Below, one piece after another: positions 40,868-55,889 of a stretch of 64,000 bases of DNA (position 1 is its first letter; every line of letters starts with the position of its first letter). Both the position numbers and the translations under genes were made by a program. The notes beneath the pieces were generated by a model. It was not told the DNA's origin. It was given only the letters and a program-made list of their open reading frames with translations, and made no database searches. Source of the stretch: Octopus vulgaris (lineage: Eukaryota); contig OX597817.1 in the NCBI GenBank assembly GCA_951406725.2, forward strand, positions 58,466,001 through 58,530,000, given 5' to 3'.

Positions 40868-41215
40868 CAATGTGTCTGTATGGCTTTAAGCAAACTAAAG
40901 GACGATACTCCAATGTTTATACAGCTGGATGTTGAATTATATAATATTGCGATCGGAATTTTTGTGCATACATAAAATAAAATTGTGATTCCTGATGATT
41001 AAAATAATCGCTTTTATCGAAAAACTTTTTGTTGTCATTGTTTCATCTTTATTTTTCTTTGAGTCATCAAACTCCGACTGAGCTGTGAGCCTGACTGCAA
41101 CTGTTTTAACTCATTCCATCGAACTTATAAGGGAGGGAATGTAAAACGAGAATGGGGAGATAACACGAATGCAGCAGATACGTGCATATGCGTGCTTGAA
41201 CGCATACGCACATAT

Positions 41216-41283
<68 letters not shown>

Positions 41284-41394
41284 CATAAACATAATAAATA
41301 ATATTAGGATAATAAGAATTGTAGAAATTTTTACTACCAGTGGCCTAGCGCAAAAAGATTTAGTCAATAGACTGTATATTTAAATCTAAGGCTA

Positions 41395-41460
41395 CCCGCT
41401 GAGGAAGACAGCCTCAGTAAATTTTGTTTTACTGAAATAAGTCAGAAATCATGGTCCGGG
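41395..41460 (+). ncRNA. Type I hammerhead ribozyme, canonical core
   Basis: cccg-CTGAGGA-a gac..gtc a-GAAA-tcatgg-TC-cggg; GUC triplet, cleavage after 41456; element flanked by (TA)n. Confidence 0.78.
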
Positions 41461-41599
41461 AATTAAATTAGATGGTAAATGTTTTTACTATTCATTCCCT
41501 TCGAGAATTTATCCCTAAGTAGTGGCTTGAACTTTAACTGTTCTTTCTAGCGTAAGGCTTTCCTATGATGGAAGCTCTTAATGTGTTTTAATGTACACG

Positions 41600-41632
<33 letters not shown>

Positions 41633-41636
<4 letters not shown>

Positions 41637-41963
41637 GGGTAAAATTAATTAATTAATTAATTAATAATTAATAATTTTACCAAGTAGTTCAGTATGTTAA
41701 AACAACCATTATCGGTAAACTTATACAAAAATTCTATAATTATGAGTATAATTATAATTAGGGTTTAGCAAAAATTTACTTCACCACATACCGAAATTTA
41801 AAAATAGCAGTTAAACTACTATTTTACTACCATAAGAAAATTTCCCAGATTTCTTTTCTTATGGTAGTGAAATAGTTAGTTTTAACTGCTATTTCTAAAT
41901 TTCGGTATGTGGTGAAGCAAAGTTTTGCTGAACCCTAATTATATTTATACTCATAATTATAGA

Positions 41964-41967
<4 letters not shown>
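41633..41967 (-). mobile_element. Fold-back element of the 6496 family
   Basis: ~112-bp inverted arms 41729-41840 / 41854-41967 with a 13-nt spacer. Confidence 0.7.
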
Positions 41968-42021
<54 letters not shown>

Positions 42022-42335
42022 TTCCTCCACCTCACTCTCAATTTGTATCACATCGAAACTAACTATGACTTAATTTTTCCTCTCACACCGTCTCCGATGA
42101 AGGGATATTATTAATTAATATCCTAGGAACAGCTGTAAGACCTTCTATCTATAAATGCTCTAATATCTATACAGCCTCGGTTTTTTATCGTATTACGCAA
42201 AAAATTCATATATACACACGCTGACATAGAACCAACGTTGAACCCGTTATTCGCAATATTACCGAATCTGGTAATATCTGTCTATAGCACTTATTCAGCA
42301 TTACCTGACACCTTTGGGTCTCAATGACACCATTA

Positions 42336-42382
<47 letters not shown>

Positions 42383-43595
42383 GTGTGTGTGTGTGCATAT
42401 ATATGTTCGTACGACTGCCACTCCAGTGTGGGCTTCTACGGCCACTGCACACGCTACACCACCGTCAGCTGCTGACACGATCTCTTTGGACGCAGATCCA
42501 TGGTCATTCGAGACCAACCGATGCCTTCTATATAAATGCATAAATGTATGTGGGGAAAATCTGAAGAAGTTTTTGAGTCTGGAAAGAATTTAGAAATATC
42601 GGCGCAAAGAGACATAAGTTTCAGAGTTCGGCACGAGACGAGCAGTTTGGGAGAAGGTGGGGAGGTCGATTACATCCCCACCCCGGTGCTCGGGTGATGC
42701 TTGTTTTATTGACCTCTCAAAAGAAGAAAAGCAAAGTCAACCTCAGCGGAATTCGAACGTAAAGACTGACGATATGCCGCTCAGCTTTTTGTTCAGCGTG
42801 CTAGCGATTCTGCCAGCACGCCACGTATGTATCACGTGATCAACCAGATTATCGTCTGTTGTTATACATCGCTGGTCACAATGCGATAGTGGAAGATACT
42901 TGCTCGAGTTGCCGTGCAGTGAGACTGAACTTGAAACCACGCGGTTGCATTAATCTTCTTAACTACACAGCCATATCTGCACCAAATAGTGCGAATTTAT
43001 AAAATTATTGGAATGCAAATTCAGGGTTGAGTAAAGTCCTTCTTTAAACCGTAAACTTTTGAGCAAGGCCCTTCATTCAGAGGGTTCTGTGGTATTAATC
43101 ACACAAATTATGTGGTCCTTGATTAATCTTATAATTCAAATGAGATAGATTATGACTATTTGCTAAAAAAGGAAACAAAAAAGAAACAATATCGTTGATT
43201 TTTATATTAAAAACAAAAAGAATTTTACTGATTTATTTTTCGGATATTTGATTATTTGAGCAATAGACTTAAACGTCGTCTGGTTTCTCACCACCAGTTG
43301 GCACTCTGGGTACCTTTAACGGAGTCCTGCATTCAACAAATTGGACCAGGACTTCAGTTCAAGCATAACTTTTTCGTTTACTCCAACCATTCATTGATGC
43401 GCTGAAAAACTTCAGAGGAAACTTCGCAGTTCATGAGAGCCGCAGCTGCCCTTCCTCTTCTGACAGACTCATAAAATTACAGCTAACGAATCTAATGTTT
43501 TATGTTTATGTAATATGAATGTTTATGAAACGATAGACCATCTTGCTGTACTTTAATTATTCAAAGAAACGATCTGTTTTGTTTGATGGAAATGA

Positions 43596-43901
43596 TCATT
43601 GTTCAAGGGGGAATATTTTGTTGCTGGTTTTGTTTAACGGCGAAGTTTTTCTGATCTGTGGTACATTTAATTGTAGAGACGGTGCAGTGATGGAATTATG
43701 TTCTAGAGGTATAGCTAGTTGGGAATCTTTGTGTAAAGGGGAATTTTTCAAAGGAATTTCTTCTTTTCTTTCCACTTGATTTTCTTTGGTATCTTTCACG
43801 GGTGTTTTACAATCTTCTGTTACAACAGGACTGACGTTTCCTTCTTCTGTCTTTTCAGCTGATTTCGTTCTCGAAATCAGCCAGTAACATGTATTTGATG
43901 A
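43596..43901 (-). CDS. PstS-domain receptor guanylyl cyclase-like gene, last exon
   Basis: tttcag|SSNTCYWL (matches the cyclase C-terminal TYWL), then a low-complexity tail to TGA; phase 0 matches the donor at 56718. Confidence 0.8.
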   Translation of the reverse strand, partial: SSNTCYWLISRTKSAEKTEEGNVSPVVTEDCKTPVKDTKENQVERKEEIPLKNSPLHKDSQLAIPLEHNSITAPSLQLNVPQIRKTSPLNKTSNKIFPLEQ

Positions 43902-44040
43902 CTGAAAATATATAAATTGGTTAATTAATTTATTAGTAAAATGAAAACAAGGAATCTTTTAACAATTGTCTATATTTCAATACAACTTTGCTGCAATAAC
44001 TTTTAAGGTACAGTTCTTTATTTAAGAGATGAGGAATTGT

Positions 44041-44173
44041 GTACATTATTTACATTTGATGGATATTTGCCCTCATCTTGTTTGTTGTTAACACAATGTT
44101 TCTGCTGATATACCCTCCAGCACTCATCAGGTGTCTTGGGGAAATTTCAAACTGGCTTCTCATTCCTAAGGTA

Positions 44174-44235
<62 letters not shown>

Positions 44236-44555
44236 TATTCAGGTCACTGCCTGGAATCGAACTTGGAATCTTGGGGTTAGTAGCCCGCGCTCTTAACCAC
44301 TACGCCATATGCCCATGGGCATATGGCGAGTTCGATTCCAGGCAGTGACCTGAATAATAATAATAATAATAATAATGATGATGATGATAACAACAACAAC
44401 AACAACAGCAACATTGAAAAATACCTTAGGAATGAGGACCCAGGTTCGAAATTTCCCCAAGACATTTGATGATGGCTGGAGGATATATCAGCCGAAACGT
44501 GTTAACAACAAACAAGATGAGGACAAATATCCGTCAAATGTGAATAATGTAAATA
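44041..44555. mobile_element. Head-to-head palindromic element: tRNA-like head, (TAA)n, hammerhead motif
   Basis: On -: A-box TGGCGTAGTGG, B-box GTTCGATTCC, (TAA)n, gacac-CTGATGA..GAAA..gtgtt (44090-44135). Inverted copy on +; central hairpin cgccatatgccc-at-gggcatatggcg. Confidence 0.72.
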
Positions 44556-45567
44556 ATGAACTTTTAAGGTGTTTATTCGTTGCCTGTCCTACACAGGACA
44601 CCCCACTTTAGATTCTCTATCACTTATCGATGAAACGAGACAGACCGAGTCATTTGGGAAACTTCATAACTTAATCTTGCACCCTGTACGTAAGTACCAT
44701 AATCAACTCTCAATCAAAATAAAGCACGTCAGCATACAAGCATTTAAAAGAATTCCAACAACATAAAATACTTTCATTTAATAGAAAAATACAAATTGTT
44801 CCCCTCACAATTGTGCCACCAGGCTAAAAGCTCCCAACGTCACGTTGAACTTTTCCAAACACCTCCTTTTCAATACATACAATACATCCCGACAGTAAGA
44901 CAACACAGGTAACACAAGAGCATCGCAGGTAAGATTTGTATACTACTTAAGCAATCCCATCGGTACAGCCACATGTCTTACGCAGCTAGCTAGAACAACT
45001 GTACCGCAGATACCCCTTTCTACCTCACACATCCATCCGCCATTGAACCCTCCTTTGACGGATACCACTTTCTGCTTCACACATCCAGCCACCCTTGAAC
45101 CCTCCTTTGATAATCTACCCATCGTGACCGTAATATACTTACACATCAACGAAGAAAGCAAAAATATTGGTTTCAAATTATTCTAGGAGAGTGAAAAATG
45201 GTTATGTGTGAAAAGAATATCCATGATTTATCTTACGATCAATATTCTACGAACAAGATATCTACGTATGGTTCCATTTCCCTTTGACTAAAGTTTTCCC
45301 ATAAAATACTGAAGATCCATTATCCTGAATATTCTTCCAGTGCTTTATCATTTCCGATTACCCGCTCACCGTCCCACCATCGCCATGTCTTCTGAGATAT
45401 TTCTGACTTTATGGTACTTCACGGAGAGGCAGAGTTGACTCCCAGGTGTACTTTGAACGCAGAACGTAAGGAGCCGCAAAAAATGTAGCAAAGCACTTTG
45501 TCGGATATACTAACGATTCAGCCAGCTCACATTATATGTGTGTGTGTGCCCGCGTGCATCTATCTAG

Positions 45568-46787
<1,220 letters not shown>

Positions 46788-46788
46788 T

Positions 46789-46859
<71 letters not shown>

Positions 46860-47861
46860 CTTATCTATGCGTGTGTGCATCTGCCTGTGTGTGTATGTAC
46901 GTGGGTGTGCATATACTATACAGCAACAACAGCAACAACAACGAATGGTTTTGAGGAAACTCGGCCGATTAATTTCTTATTCACGATATTCAATTAGTAA
47001 CATTTCTGCTACAAGCAATCGATGTGGACGGATTAAATGTATTTATTAATCGTGAATTCATCAAACGTAATCGATGGGAAGGTTTTGAAACGATGGAGAT
47101 ATTAAAGCTGGACCTACATACCGTGGTCGCCAGTGTGACGGCCTGGATTAAGTAGTTACTGCGATCTAACAGCTACGAGTTCTATTCAACCGTACAGCAC
47201 TATACTATAATCTCGAGTTGACCAAGACCTTCAGAGGGAAATTTGTTAAATGGTAGCTGTATCGAAGCCTATATATATATAATCTTATATTCTTTTTCCT
47301 GTTTCAGTCATTTGACTTCAGCCATACTGGAGCACCGCCTTCAGTCGAACAAATCGACCCCAGGATTTATTCTTTGTAAGCTTCGTACTTATATCGGACT
47401 CTTTTGCCGAACTGCTAGTTTACGGGGACGTAAACACACTAACATCGGTTGTCATGCGATAGTGCGGAAACAAACATAGACACACAAATACATACATATG
47501 GTCACTAACAGGGTAGAAAGACTACTACTAACAAGGGGACAGCCTGAAAGACTAAAAAGAACAGTCACGCATAACACTGAGAAGAGAATATATAGGGAAC
47601 GAAACCAACAGGAAAAACGCAAACGCATGTTAGAACATTCCGAGATACAATAAATATTTGTTTCAACACACGATTTCCCATCAGGAGTCTTACAACACAG
47701 AAGATTCATGAACGTAACGACATAAGCCTCAGCCAGGCTAGCAAGACGCTGGAAAACAACACTATAGTCTGCGTAAGAAGATCATTACAACACAACAACT
47801 TCATTTCGTAAAACTGTGTGTCGCCTGCAGAACTTATTCCAAGACGGTCACCAACAAGGTG

Positions 47862-47906
<45 letters not shown>

Positions 47907-47962
47907 ACCGTTGGCGATTTTTTTCCTCCGTCTTCCCTTCTCTGGATCTTTCCTTTTCCTAT

Positions 47963-47996
47963 GTTTCTGACGAAGACCTCCGCTCGAAGCGTAAAA
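47963..47996 (+). ncRNA. Degenerate minimal hammerhead motif
   Basis: gttt-CTGACGA-a ga(c)c tcc gctc-GAAG-cg-TA-aaac. Confidence 0.5.
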
Positions 47997-48081
47997 CCCT
48001 CCATCTTCCCTTCCTTCCTGAGCGTCCAATAATACTATATTTTTTCCACATCCTCGCGTTGTTGTGTTTTCATGTTTGGAT

Positions 48082-48157
<76 letters not shown>

Positions 48158-48242
48158 TAGATAGATAGATAGACAGATATAGATATAAAGAAGACAAAAA
48201 AAAATGGAACAAGGACAGGTCATTCGGAGCTTCCTATCCCCC

Positions 48243-48335
<93 letters not shown>

Positions 48336-48835
48336 TGTATAAATAACAAGGTGAGAGAGTCTTTTGCGTTTCGAGCCTACGCTCTTCAACAGAAAGGAAC
48401 ACGAGGAAATAAACAGAGAGAGGATAAAAAACTTTTGGAGTTAGCAGTCAAAGGCTTCTTTCAGTTTCCGTCTACCAAATCCACTCACAAAGCTTTGGTT
48501 GGCCTGGGGCTGTAGTAGAAAACACCTGTCCACGTAGTGGATCTGTACCCGGAACCATGTGGTTGGAAAGCAAGCTTCTTACCATACAGCCACTCCTGCG
48601 CCGATATAACTCATACATACATACGTAAATATTAGCTTCAAATTTTGGCACAATGCCAGCAATTTCGGTGCAAAGTCTAAGTCGATTACGTCGACCCTCA
48701 ACGCTTGAGTGGTTCTTGTTTAACAACCCCGGAAGGTAACGATGGCAAAGTCGTCATCGGCAGAATTTCATTTCAGGACGCAAAGATGGAAGAAATGCAA
48801 CTATGCATGTCGTCCGGCTTGCTAATGATTTTGCC

Positions 48836-48899
<64 letters not shown>

Positions 48900-48920
48900 G
48901 ACACACATATGTATATGTTA

Positions 48921-49009
<89 letters not shown>

Positions 49010-50510
49010 TATGAACACACATACGGATACGTGTATGTATTTGTAGGCTTGTATTTCTTTATTTAACTGTAGGAGGAAAAACCAGTGCATTCAAACAGAA
49101 ATCTGCTCTGCATATCAGTCCAACACTGGACGAATGGGAAGGTGGTGGGACCGGTGTTTTAGACTGAATTCTTTGAAGCTGGTGTCCGAGAATGATGGCA
49201 ATTGAATCACTGAAACTAGGCCAAACAGAATAAAATAAAATAAAATAAAAAAACAATGGATCGTTTCTATGAGCCAATAACAAAGTCTATACATTGGTTA
49301 GAAACAGCAGCTAATCTCCTTCAACTTTGACGTAAAACTCATTTATATTATTTGCTTGTTTTTTTAATATACTATTAATGTTTTTTTTAAACTTTATTTT
49401 GAATTATCCAATACAATCGAATAATAAATATTACAGCAACGATACGTTACCAACACGATAAAATATGATACCAATAGTCGAACAACAAAGGAAGTATTAC
49501 AAAATATAATTAAATATAGTACAACAACAGTGAGATATATATAGCCAGATTAATAATCTCTATAAAAAATATATTAATTAATATTATAATCAATAACATT
49601 TATACGAGAAAAACTTAAAGTCGGAGGTGGGTAGGGGATACAGTAGAAAGAGCAGTAATAGAATATATTAAGTTTAAAAAAAAAACGATTGATAGCGGCA
49701 AAAAATGAAGACCTTGACTTCACTGGTGAAAACAACGATTAAAGCGCTCATCAAAGAAACTAGTAAGTGTGGAATAGTAACATGACCTAGATTTTTCCCT
49801 TGACCAGTAGGGTCAAAAAGTCAATTTTTTACTATTTTTAAAACAACATCCAACACAGTTAAATAAGAGAACTAAAAGCTTACCATTTAGCCGGAATAAA
49901 TTCTCCATTCGAGAGAAGCATAAAAATAGCTGCCAATATACCCAGAAGAGGCCATTGCTTTATGTATAACTTCATAATGTAAAAGTGCACATATGAACAA
50001 TAACAATTGGCCGAAACGTAACGTAGGCGAAAAAATGTATGAACTTATAAACTGACTGCACTATGATTAAAAAAAACGATATTTCTATGTGTATTACTTG
50101 TTTTCTATAAACTATTAATTATTTCTCCTATATCAGAAAGAATGAAGTCTCTATAGAGACAACTGGACTTTCGGATGCGAAAAGTACTAAAGTGGTAAAA
50201 CAAACCAACCAAAAACATTAGTACATAAACGAGCAAATAATATATAGAATCATCGAAGGATAACAGCGCAAAACTGGTGCCCGCTTAGTTAACATGTCCC
50301 TACAAAAGAAAACTTCTTTCCGTAGAAAAAGTTTTTTTAATAAACGCCTATATATATATATATATATATAAGTTCAGCAAAATTTAGATTCAGTTAAAGG
50401 CACCAGAATTTTGTATGGTATTATCCATATAAATCAAATGGGGGTGATTATAATCAAAATAAGCAACAAGGATATCCAAGGTAGTGTAGTACAATTGTTT
50501 CATGCTACTT

Positions 50511-50546
<36 letters not shown>

Positions 50547-51304
50547 CGGGAAGCTTTATGAAAACAGACAAAAGACGAAGGCAGGTGGGAAACAAACAAA
50601 CAATTGTATTAGTATGGCGCTCAGGAAATATAAATAAAACAAGTCTTTAACGTTTCGAGCCTACGCTCTTCAACAGAAAGATACACAGAGAGAAAAAAAA
50701 CACAGAAAGAAGGAGAGAAAAAAAATGCGTGCAGTAGTGTGTGTGTGCATATATCTATATATATATGTATGTATGCATGTATATGTATGCCACTTCTATT
50801 TTCTAATTATTATAAATCTTCCACTGAGGAGGGAGCCGGTTTCCAAGAAAGATACAAGGCTCCATCTTTGGGATGTTAGCTACATCCCAAAGAAATTCAT
50901 ATTTGAAACTTGAGAAAAGTCTTGCATATTTTTACTGTTCCACACACAGATTACACTTCTAATGTACGAATCAGCCGGTCGATTTCTCTCTCTGAAAATC
51001 CCAGTTAATCCAGATTCTCCTTTAAGCATTTACTAACAAAATCTAGTTCTCCAATTATTATTGGTATGAATATGAATTCTTAGACTGGATATAGAAGCTG
51101 GAGGTTTGGACGCGGTTGTCCATAGATATGTTCTTTTTCTTTGATTTTCAAAGAGATATTTATATCTGCAGGCCAGCTGATCTCTATGATGGCAAATACC
51201 TTTGCCCCCCCCCCCTGTTCCAAACTACAATATCCGGCATATATACATACATACATACATACATACATACATACATACATACATACATACATACATGCAT
51301 ACAT

Positions 51305-51374
<70 letters not shown>

Positions 51375-51478
51375 TGTATTTACATTTGACAATTTTGCTG
51401 GGAATATTCCACCAGTATTCCTTGAGTTGGTATTTATGAATGGATTCCATAAGAGAGGGATTATCTTAGTTTATTTCG

Positions 51479-51751
51479 TACGCATCCTCGCATTTTCTTC
51501 CTTCTTTCCTGCCCGCCCGTCGCCGCCGCCGCTGCCCTTGTCACCTCCAGTCCGTGGCCGCCGCTGTCCTTGCTACCTCACTTCCGTGGTCGCCGCCGCC
51601 GTCGGTCAGCGTTCGCTCCGTGGATCTCGTTGCGAGCGTTCGTGCCGGCCGACGGAGCTGCGACACCAGCAGTTGCCAACTCACGAATATAACACACACA
51701 CATACGCTGCCCTCGACTCGGACGAGACTACCCGCCGAACTTAAGCATATC
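51479..51751 (+). pseudogene. Dispersed rDNA fragment: probable ITS2 3' part plus 28S rRNA 5' end
   Basis: GC-rich island ending cctcgactcggacgagactACCCGCCGAACTTAAGCATATC, the universally conserved LSU 5' sequence (LR0R site with 1 mismatch, start of the ITS4 site). Confidence 0.82.
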
Positions 51752-51925
51752 GCTTGACAACCGATGTTAGTGTGTTTACGTCCCCCGTAACATAGCGGTT
51801 CGGAAAAAGAAACAGATAGAATAAGTACTAGGCTTACAAAGAATAAGTCCTGCGCTCGATTTGTTTGAGTGAAGGCGGTACTCCAGCATAGCAAGTAAAA
51901 GAACAAAATAATAAAAGAATAAAAG
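51749..51925 (+). mobile_element. SINE family B 3' half fused to the rDNA fragment
   Basis: atcgcttgacaaccgatg..ggcggtactccagcat..gtaaaagaa. Confidence 0.85.
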
Positions 51926-52109
51926 AATGCTCTCAATAAGCTTTCTTCTGAGATTATTCTATGAATCCGTCTTTTGTTTGGATGACAGCTTCAACATAGA
52001 GGCGGATTCATTGACATGCCTGCACTAAATGGTCCTGATTAATTTCGGACATCTCCTGGACAATGGTAGCATTCACTGAAACTATGGTATTATGAAGATA
52101 TCGATTAAT

Positions 52110-52780
52110 TTCTTTTTCCCGTAATGTTCTATGATCGTAAATATTGCTTGACGTCCATTAATGGATTACATGAGCGTGTTGAAAAGGTACTGGTTCTTCT
52201 TAAAGTACGTATGGGCTTCCACCGCGTACTTCATCCATCCAGGCCTTAGTAACTGTTTCCAACACCTCACTTTATCCCGCACCAAAATTACTCATCACTC
52301 CTAAAACCATTACAGCTGCTGCAAATTTAATGATGGTTATGTGCAGGAAAATCTGCGCAAACTATCTGGTCTTGGTTGGATTTTCTCTCATCAGGATAGA
52401 ACCAATACATGCCATGTTTGTGTGAGTTTTTAACCTTATTAAGTAACCGCATGACACGGATTAAAGAGTTTTCTTGTGTCTTTTCAAACATGAATCAGCT
52501 TTTCCTCCCTACACACGACTTGTAACGAATATTCTCGAGCACCACATGTTCTTCTCATTCTTCCTGACATCTGAAGCTTTTTGTGATGGACTGCATCAAT
52601 ATTCCGCTGTCATCAACAATAATGTTTCGAACCCATCCTATGAATTACAACAGTGTCCTTACAATGTGCGAATACTTAGAATCTCTTTGTCTCTCCTCTT
52701 TTAATATAGCAAAATTGTGTTTTAAGCATTGTTTTTATGAACGTCTATTTTATAAAAAAGACATATTTTAGACACCACGA
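52110..52780 (-). mobile_element. Degraded Tc1/maT (DD37D-like) transposase
   Basis: KFAAAVMVLGVMSN..EVLETVTKAWMDEVRGGSPYV, with stops. Confidence 0.65.
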
Positions 52781-53526
52781 TGTTAACATCACAAACAGTA
52801 TTTCATCGTTATTTCAAAACATCATTTGTTATTGAATATAACAATCAATTGGGCTGAAAATCGTTGACATAAATATCGAGAAAGAAAGGGATTAATTACT
52901 ATTGCAACAAGTAATTGAGATGATGACTTGTCCGACAACATTGGTTCCCCACCCTTCACAAATGTTTATGGCTCCAAGAATAAACGGTATTCCGCCGCTC
53001 TATATCGATCATCGGGGAAAAGAAATAGTGATTCATTTGTTTTATTATTGCAATATGTCAACAATAAAGCCGTTGGCTGCAGGTTTCTAATGAAGCAGTC
53101 ATTGGTTCATATTTCAGATACGGCGAGAGTGGTAAGGGAGTATTTGTAAGTCGGTGCAAAACAAATATCACAAGAGGCTTCATTTAAAGAGAATCGATTT
53201 TTGTTTTTCTAGCGGAAATATATACATTCGTATGAATTTATTTATGACTGCTCAAAAGATGATTAAGACCTCTTTAAAAAACAAAAAACAAAAAAAAAAA
53301 GCTCATTCTTTTTTCAGAAAGTCGTTCCCGAACACTAGCACCAGTCAACAAAAGAAAAAAAATCTAAAACATATACGCTTTCCATATGCACATACGCACA
53401 CAAACAGATAAATGTATCTGAGTGTGTGTGAGCGCGCTTGCGTAGTGTGAATGTATGTATATATATATATATACATATATAAGTAAATAAATGGAGTTGA
53501 ACGAAGATGTTATTAAAATTCTTTTA

Positions 53527-53609
53527 CTTTCGACATATGTTTCGAAGACAACATTGGTTTTATTCCAAAGGAATAAACGGTGTAAAATGCAATTTTCTCA
53601 TCAGGAAAG
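53527..53609 (-). ncRNA. Type I hammerhead ribozyme (4682 family)
   Basis: ctttc-CTGATGA-gaa..ttc-GAAA-catatg-TC-gaaag; palindromic stem III ACATATGT, GUC triplet. Confidence 0.72.
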
Positions 53610-53951
53610 AAAGAGAGCCTATCTCAACAACAAGACATTATAACAATTACAATGACTGCCTAAATGATAAACAGAACGTTATTAAGTATTTAAAAAAACC
53701 GTTAGTAGATTTGACATCAAAGGCAGATAGTAGGAAGAGAAGGGTTAAAGGAATAATAAGTAGAGAACAAATAGAGAGGGATACGTTGGTTGACAAAATG
53801 TACAAAGGCTTAGAAATAAATTTCTCTATTGAAGTAAAGTGCAAGTTAAACTAACTGTTCAAACTATAAAGACTGGCAAAATCACTTATATGAGCTAAAG
53901 GTATGTTTCTGCCAGTGTGTATATTTGTAAAATCGCTCTATGAGCGTGTGT

Positions 53952-54149
53952 ACAAGGTAATTCTTATAGAAGAGAATATGGAAGAGTTCAGAGTTGCAAA
54001 TGTTACAAAATCTCTAGCCCTTATCGTAAGGAAAATATATGGACAGGATGAATCAATCTAACTTAAAATCTTTATTGTTGTCTTTAAGATGCCAAACCAA
54101 TTTGCAACTCTGAACTCTTCCATATTCTCTTCTCTAAGAATCACCTTGT
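53952..54149. repeat. 50-bp inverted repeat
   Basis: 53952-54001 and 54100-54149 are nearly perfect reverse complements. Confidence 0.85.
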
Positions 54150-54254
54150 GAAAGACAATCGCGCCATATCAGTGTGCAGGATAGTAGACAAGGAAACCAT
54201 TGAAAACTAAGGAGCCAAGAAATCTCAAACAAGTTTAAACATTCATTCATACAT

Positions 54255-54640
54255 TCTCAGAGCTCTGCATTCAATAAAACTGTGGCCCACAATATGTTTT
54301 CAATGCCAGTACTCATACCAACATTGAGGCTGCTTGATTGAACGCTTGATGAGATCCGAGCCATTGATGTGAAAACCCGGAAAATACTAAGAAGCAAACA
54401 TAATTTCCACATAAACAGTGACGTAAACCGCCTCTACCTAAAACGAAAAGAAGGCGGCTGAGGCTTAACATCAATCCAAAATGTCTTTGAATGTCGCATC
54501 ATATTTCTTCGGCAACATCTTTTAACCACCAAGTGTCGAAGTGCATCCCTTGACCAAGTTTGCATACATGAGGCTGATAACATCATAAGACTTAGAAGGC
54601 TGCTCCTTGAGCAACACTCTTTGTCTGATAACCTAGAATA
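54255..54640 (+). mobile_element. R4/Dong-like LINE RT fragment
   Basis: SAFNKTVAHN..PVL..IDVKTRKIL..HINSDVNRLYLKRKEGG*GL, with in-frame stops. Confidence 0.72.
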
Positions 54641-55134
54641 CATGCGCAAAAAACGTCGCACGGCTCTACAGCAACGTATCATCAGATGAAAGGCAAGTGT
54701 CTTCTACTATATCCTCGGGCCGACCAAAGCCTTATGAGTGAATTTGGTAGACGGAAACTGAAAGAAGCCCGTCTCCCCCACATCCCAACACCATCACATC
54801 ACACCACACACCACCACACCGTCGCAATGCCGGAAACCCTTCCGTATCATGAGGAGATATGACAAGGTCACACATTCCTACAAACGCTGACATATCACTG
54901 CAGCCGTCTGGTTGAGGGGCTTTCTTATAAACATATAATCCGAAATGCTACGTATATATATATATATATACACACATACAAACACACGCATGCATGCATG
55001 CATACACACATACATACACGTACACGCATATACATAGATACATATATAGTACAAAAATTGCCGATAAATAAATGTATACATACATGCATTTAAAATACAT
55101 ACGTACATGTATGTGTGTGTGTGTGCGTAGACGT

Positions 55135-55165
<31 letters not shown>

Positions 55166-55226
55166 TTTATTTATTTTTTTATTTTATCTAGTTTCAGCTC
55201 ACGAGCTGTGGCCATGCTGGGGCACC

Positions 55227-55266
<40 letters not shown>

Positions 55267-55329
55267 GTATGTATGTGTGTATGTATGTATGTATGTATGT
55301 ATGTATGTACATATGTATATCTATATCTA

Positions 55330-55383
<54 letters not shown>

Positions 55384-55392
55384 ATCTATCTA

Positions 55393-55453
<61 letters not shown>

Positions 55454-55552
55454 GAGAAAGAAGCAACAAGAATGGATTAGTTTTTAGTACAATTGTTTCA
55501 TACAAAGACAGGCTTTATTACAAGTTGCAAAAATTGCAGCATATATATATAT

Positions 55553-55583
<31 letters not shown>

Positions 55584-55584
55584 C

Positions 55585-55760
55585 TTTATTATGAATGCTG
55601 CAAAAATATCTCAAAAATATCACAAAAGAACTGCTACTCAGAGTTTCGCGTTACCGTTCGTCAGGGTGTTGTGATTCGACGAACGGGAACGTGAAACTCT
55701 GAGTAGCAGTTTTTTGTGATATCTTCAGGATGTTTTTGCAACTTAATAAAAAAGCATATT
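55585..55760. mobile_element. Fold-back element with two opposed hammerhead cores
   Basis: Arms 55599-55664 / 55676-55740; CTGACGA..GAAA-ctctgag-TA on -, TCGACGA copy on +. Confidence 0.7.
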
Positions 55761-55795
55761 ACTCTACCTCCGCAACATTTATGTGCTTATTCCGG

Positions 55796-55881
<86 letters not shown>

Positions 55882-55889
55882 AGATAGAA

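Noticed and set aside
44240-44312. Bona fide tRNA gene
   Set aside because: A and B boxes are present but acceptor and T stems pair poorly, and it sits in a dispersed repeat; treated as a SINE-like head. The same holds for the other SINE heads.
44570-44920. Possible degraded GIY-YIG endonuclease end of a Penelope element (similar doubt for 5600-6400)
   Set aside because: Only faint similarity (LIEKY) across frameshifts; needs a profile search.
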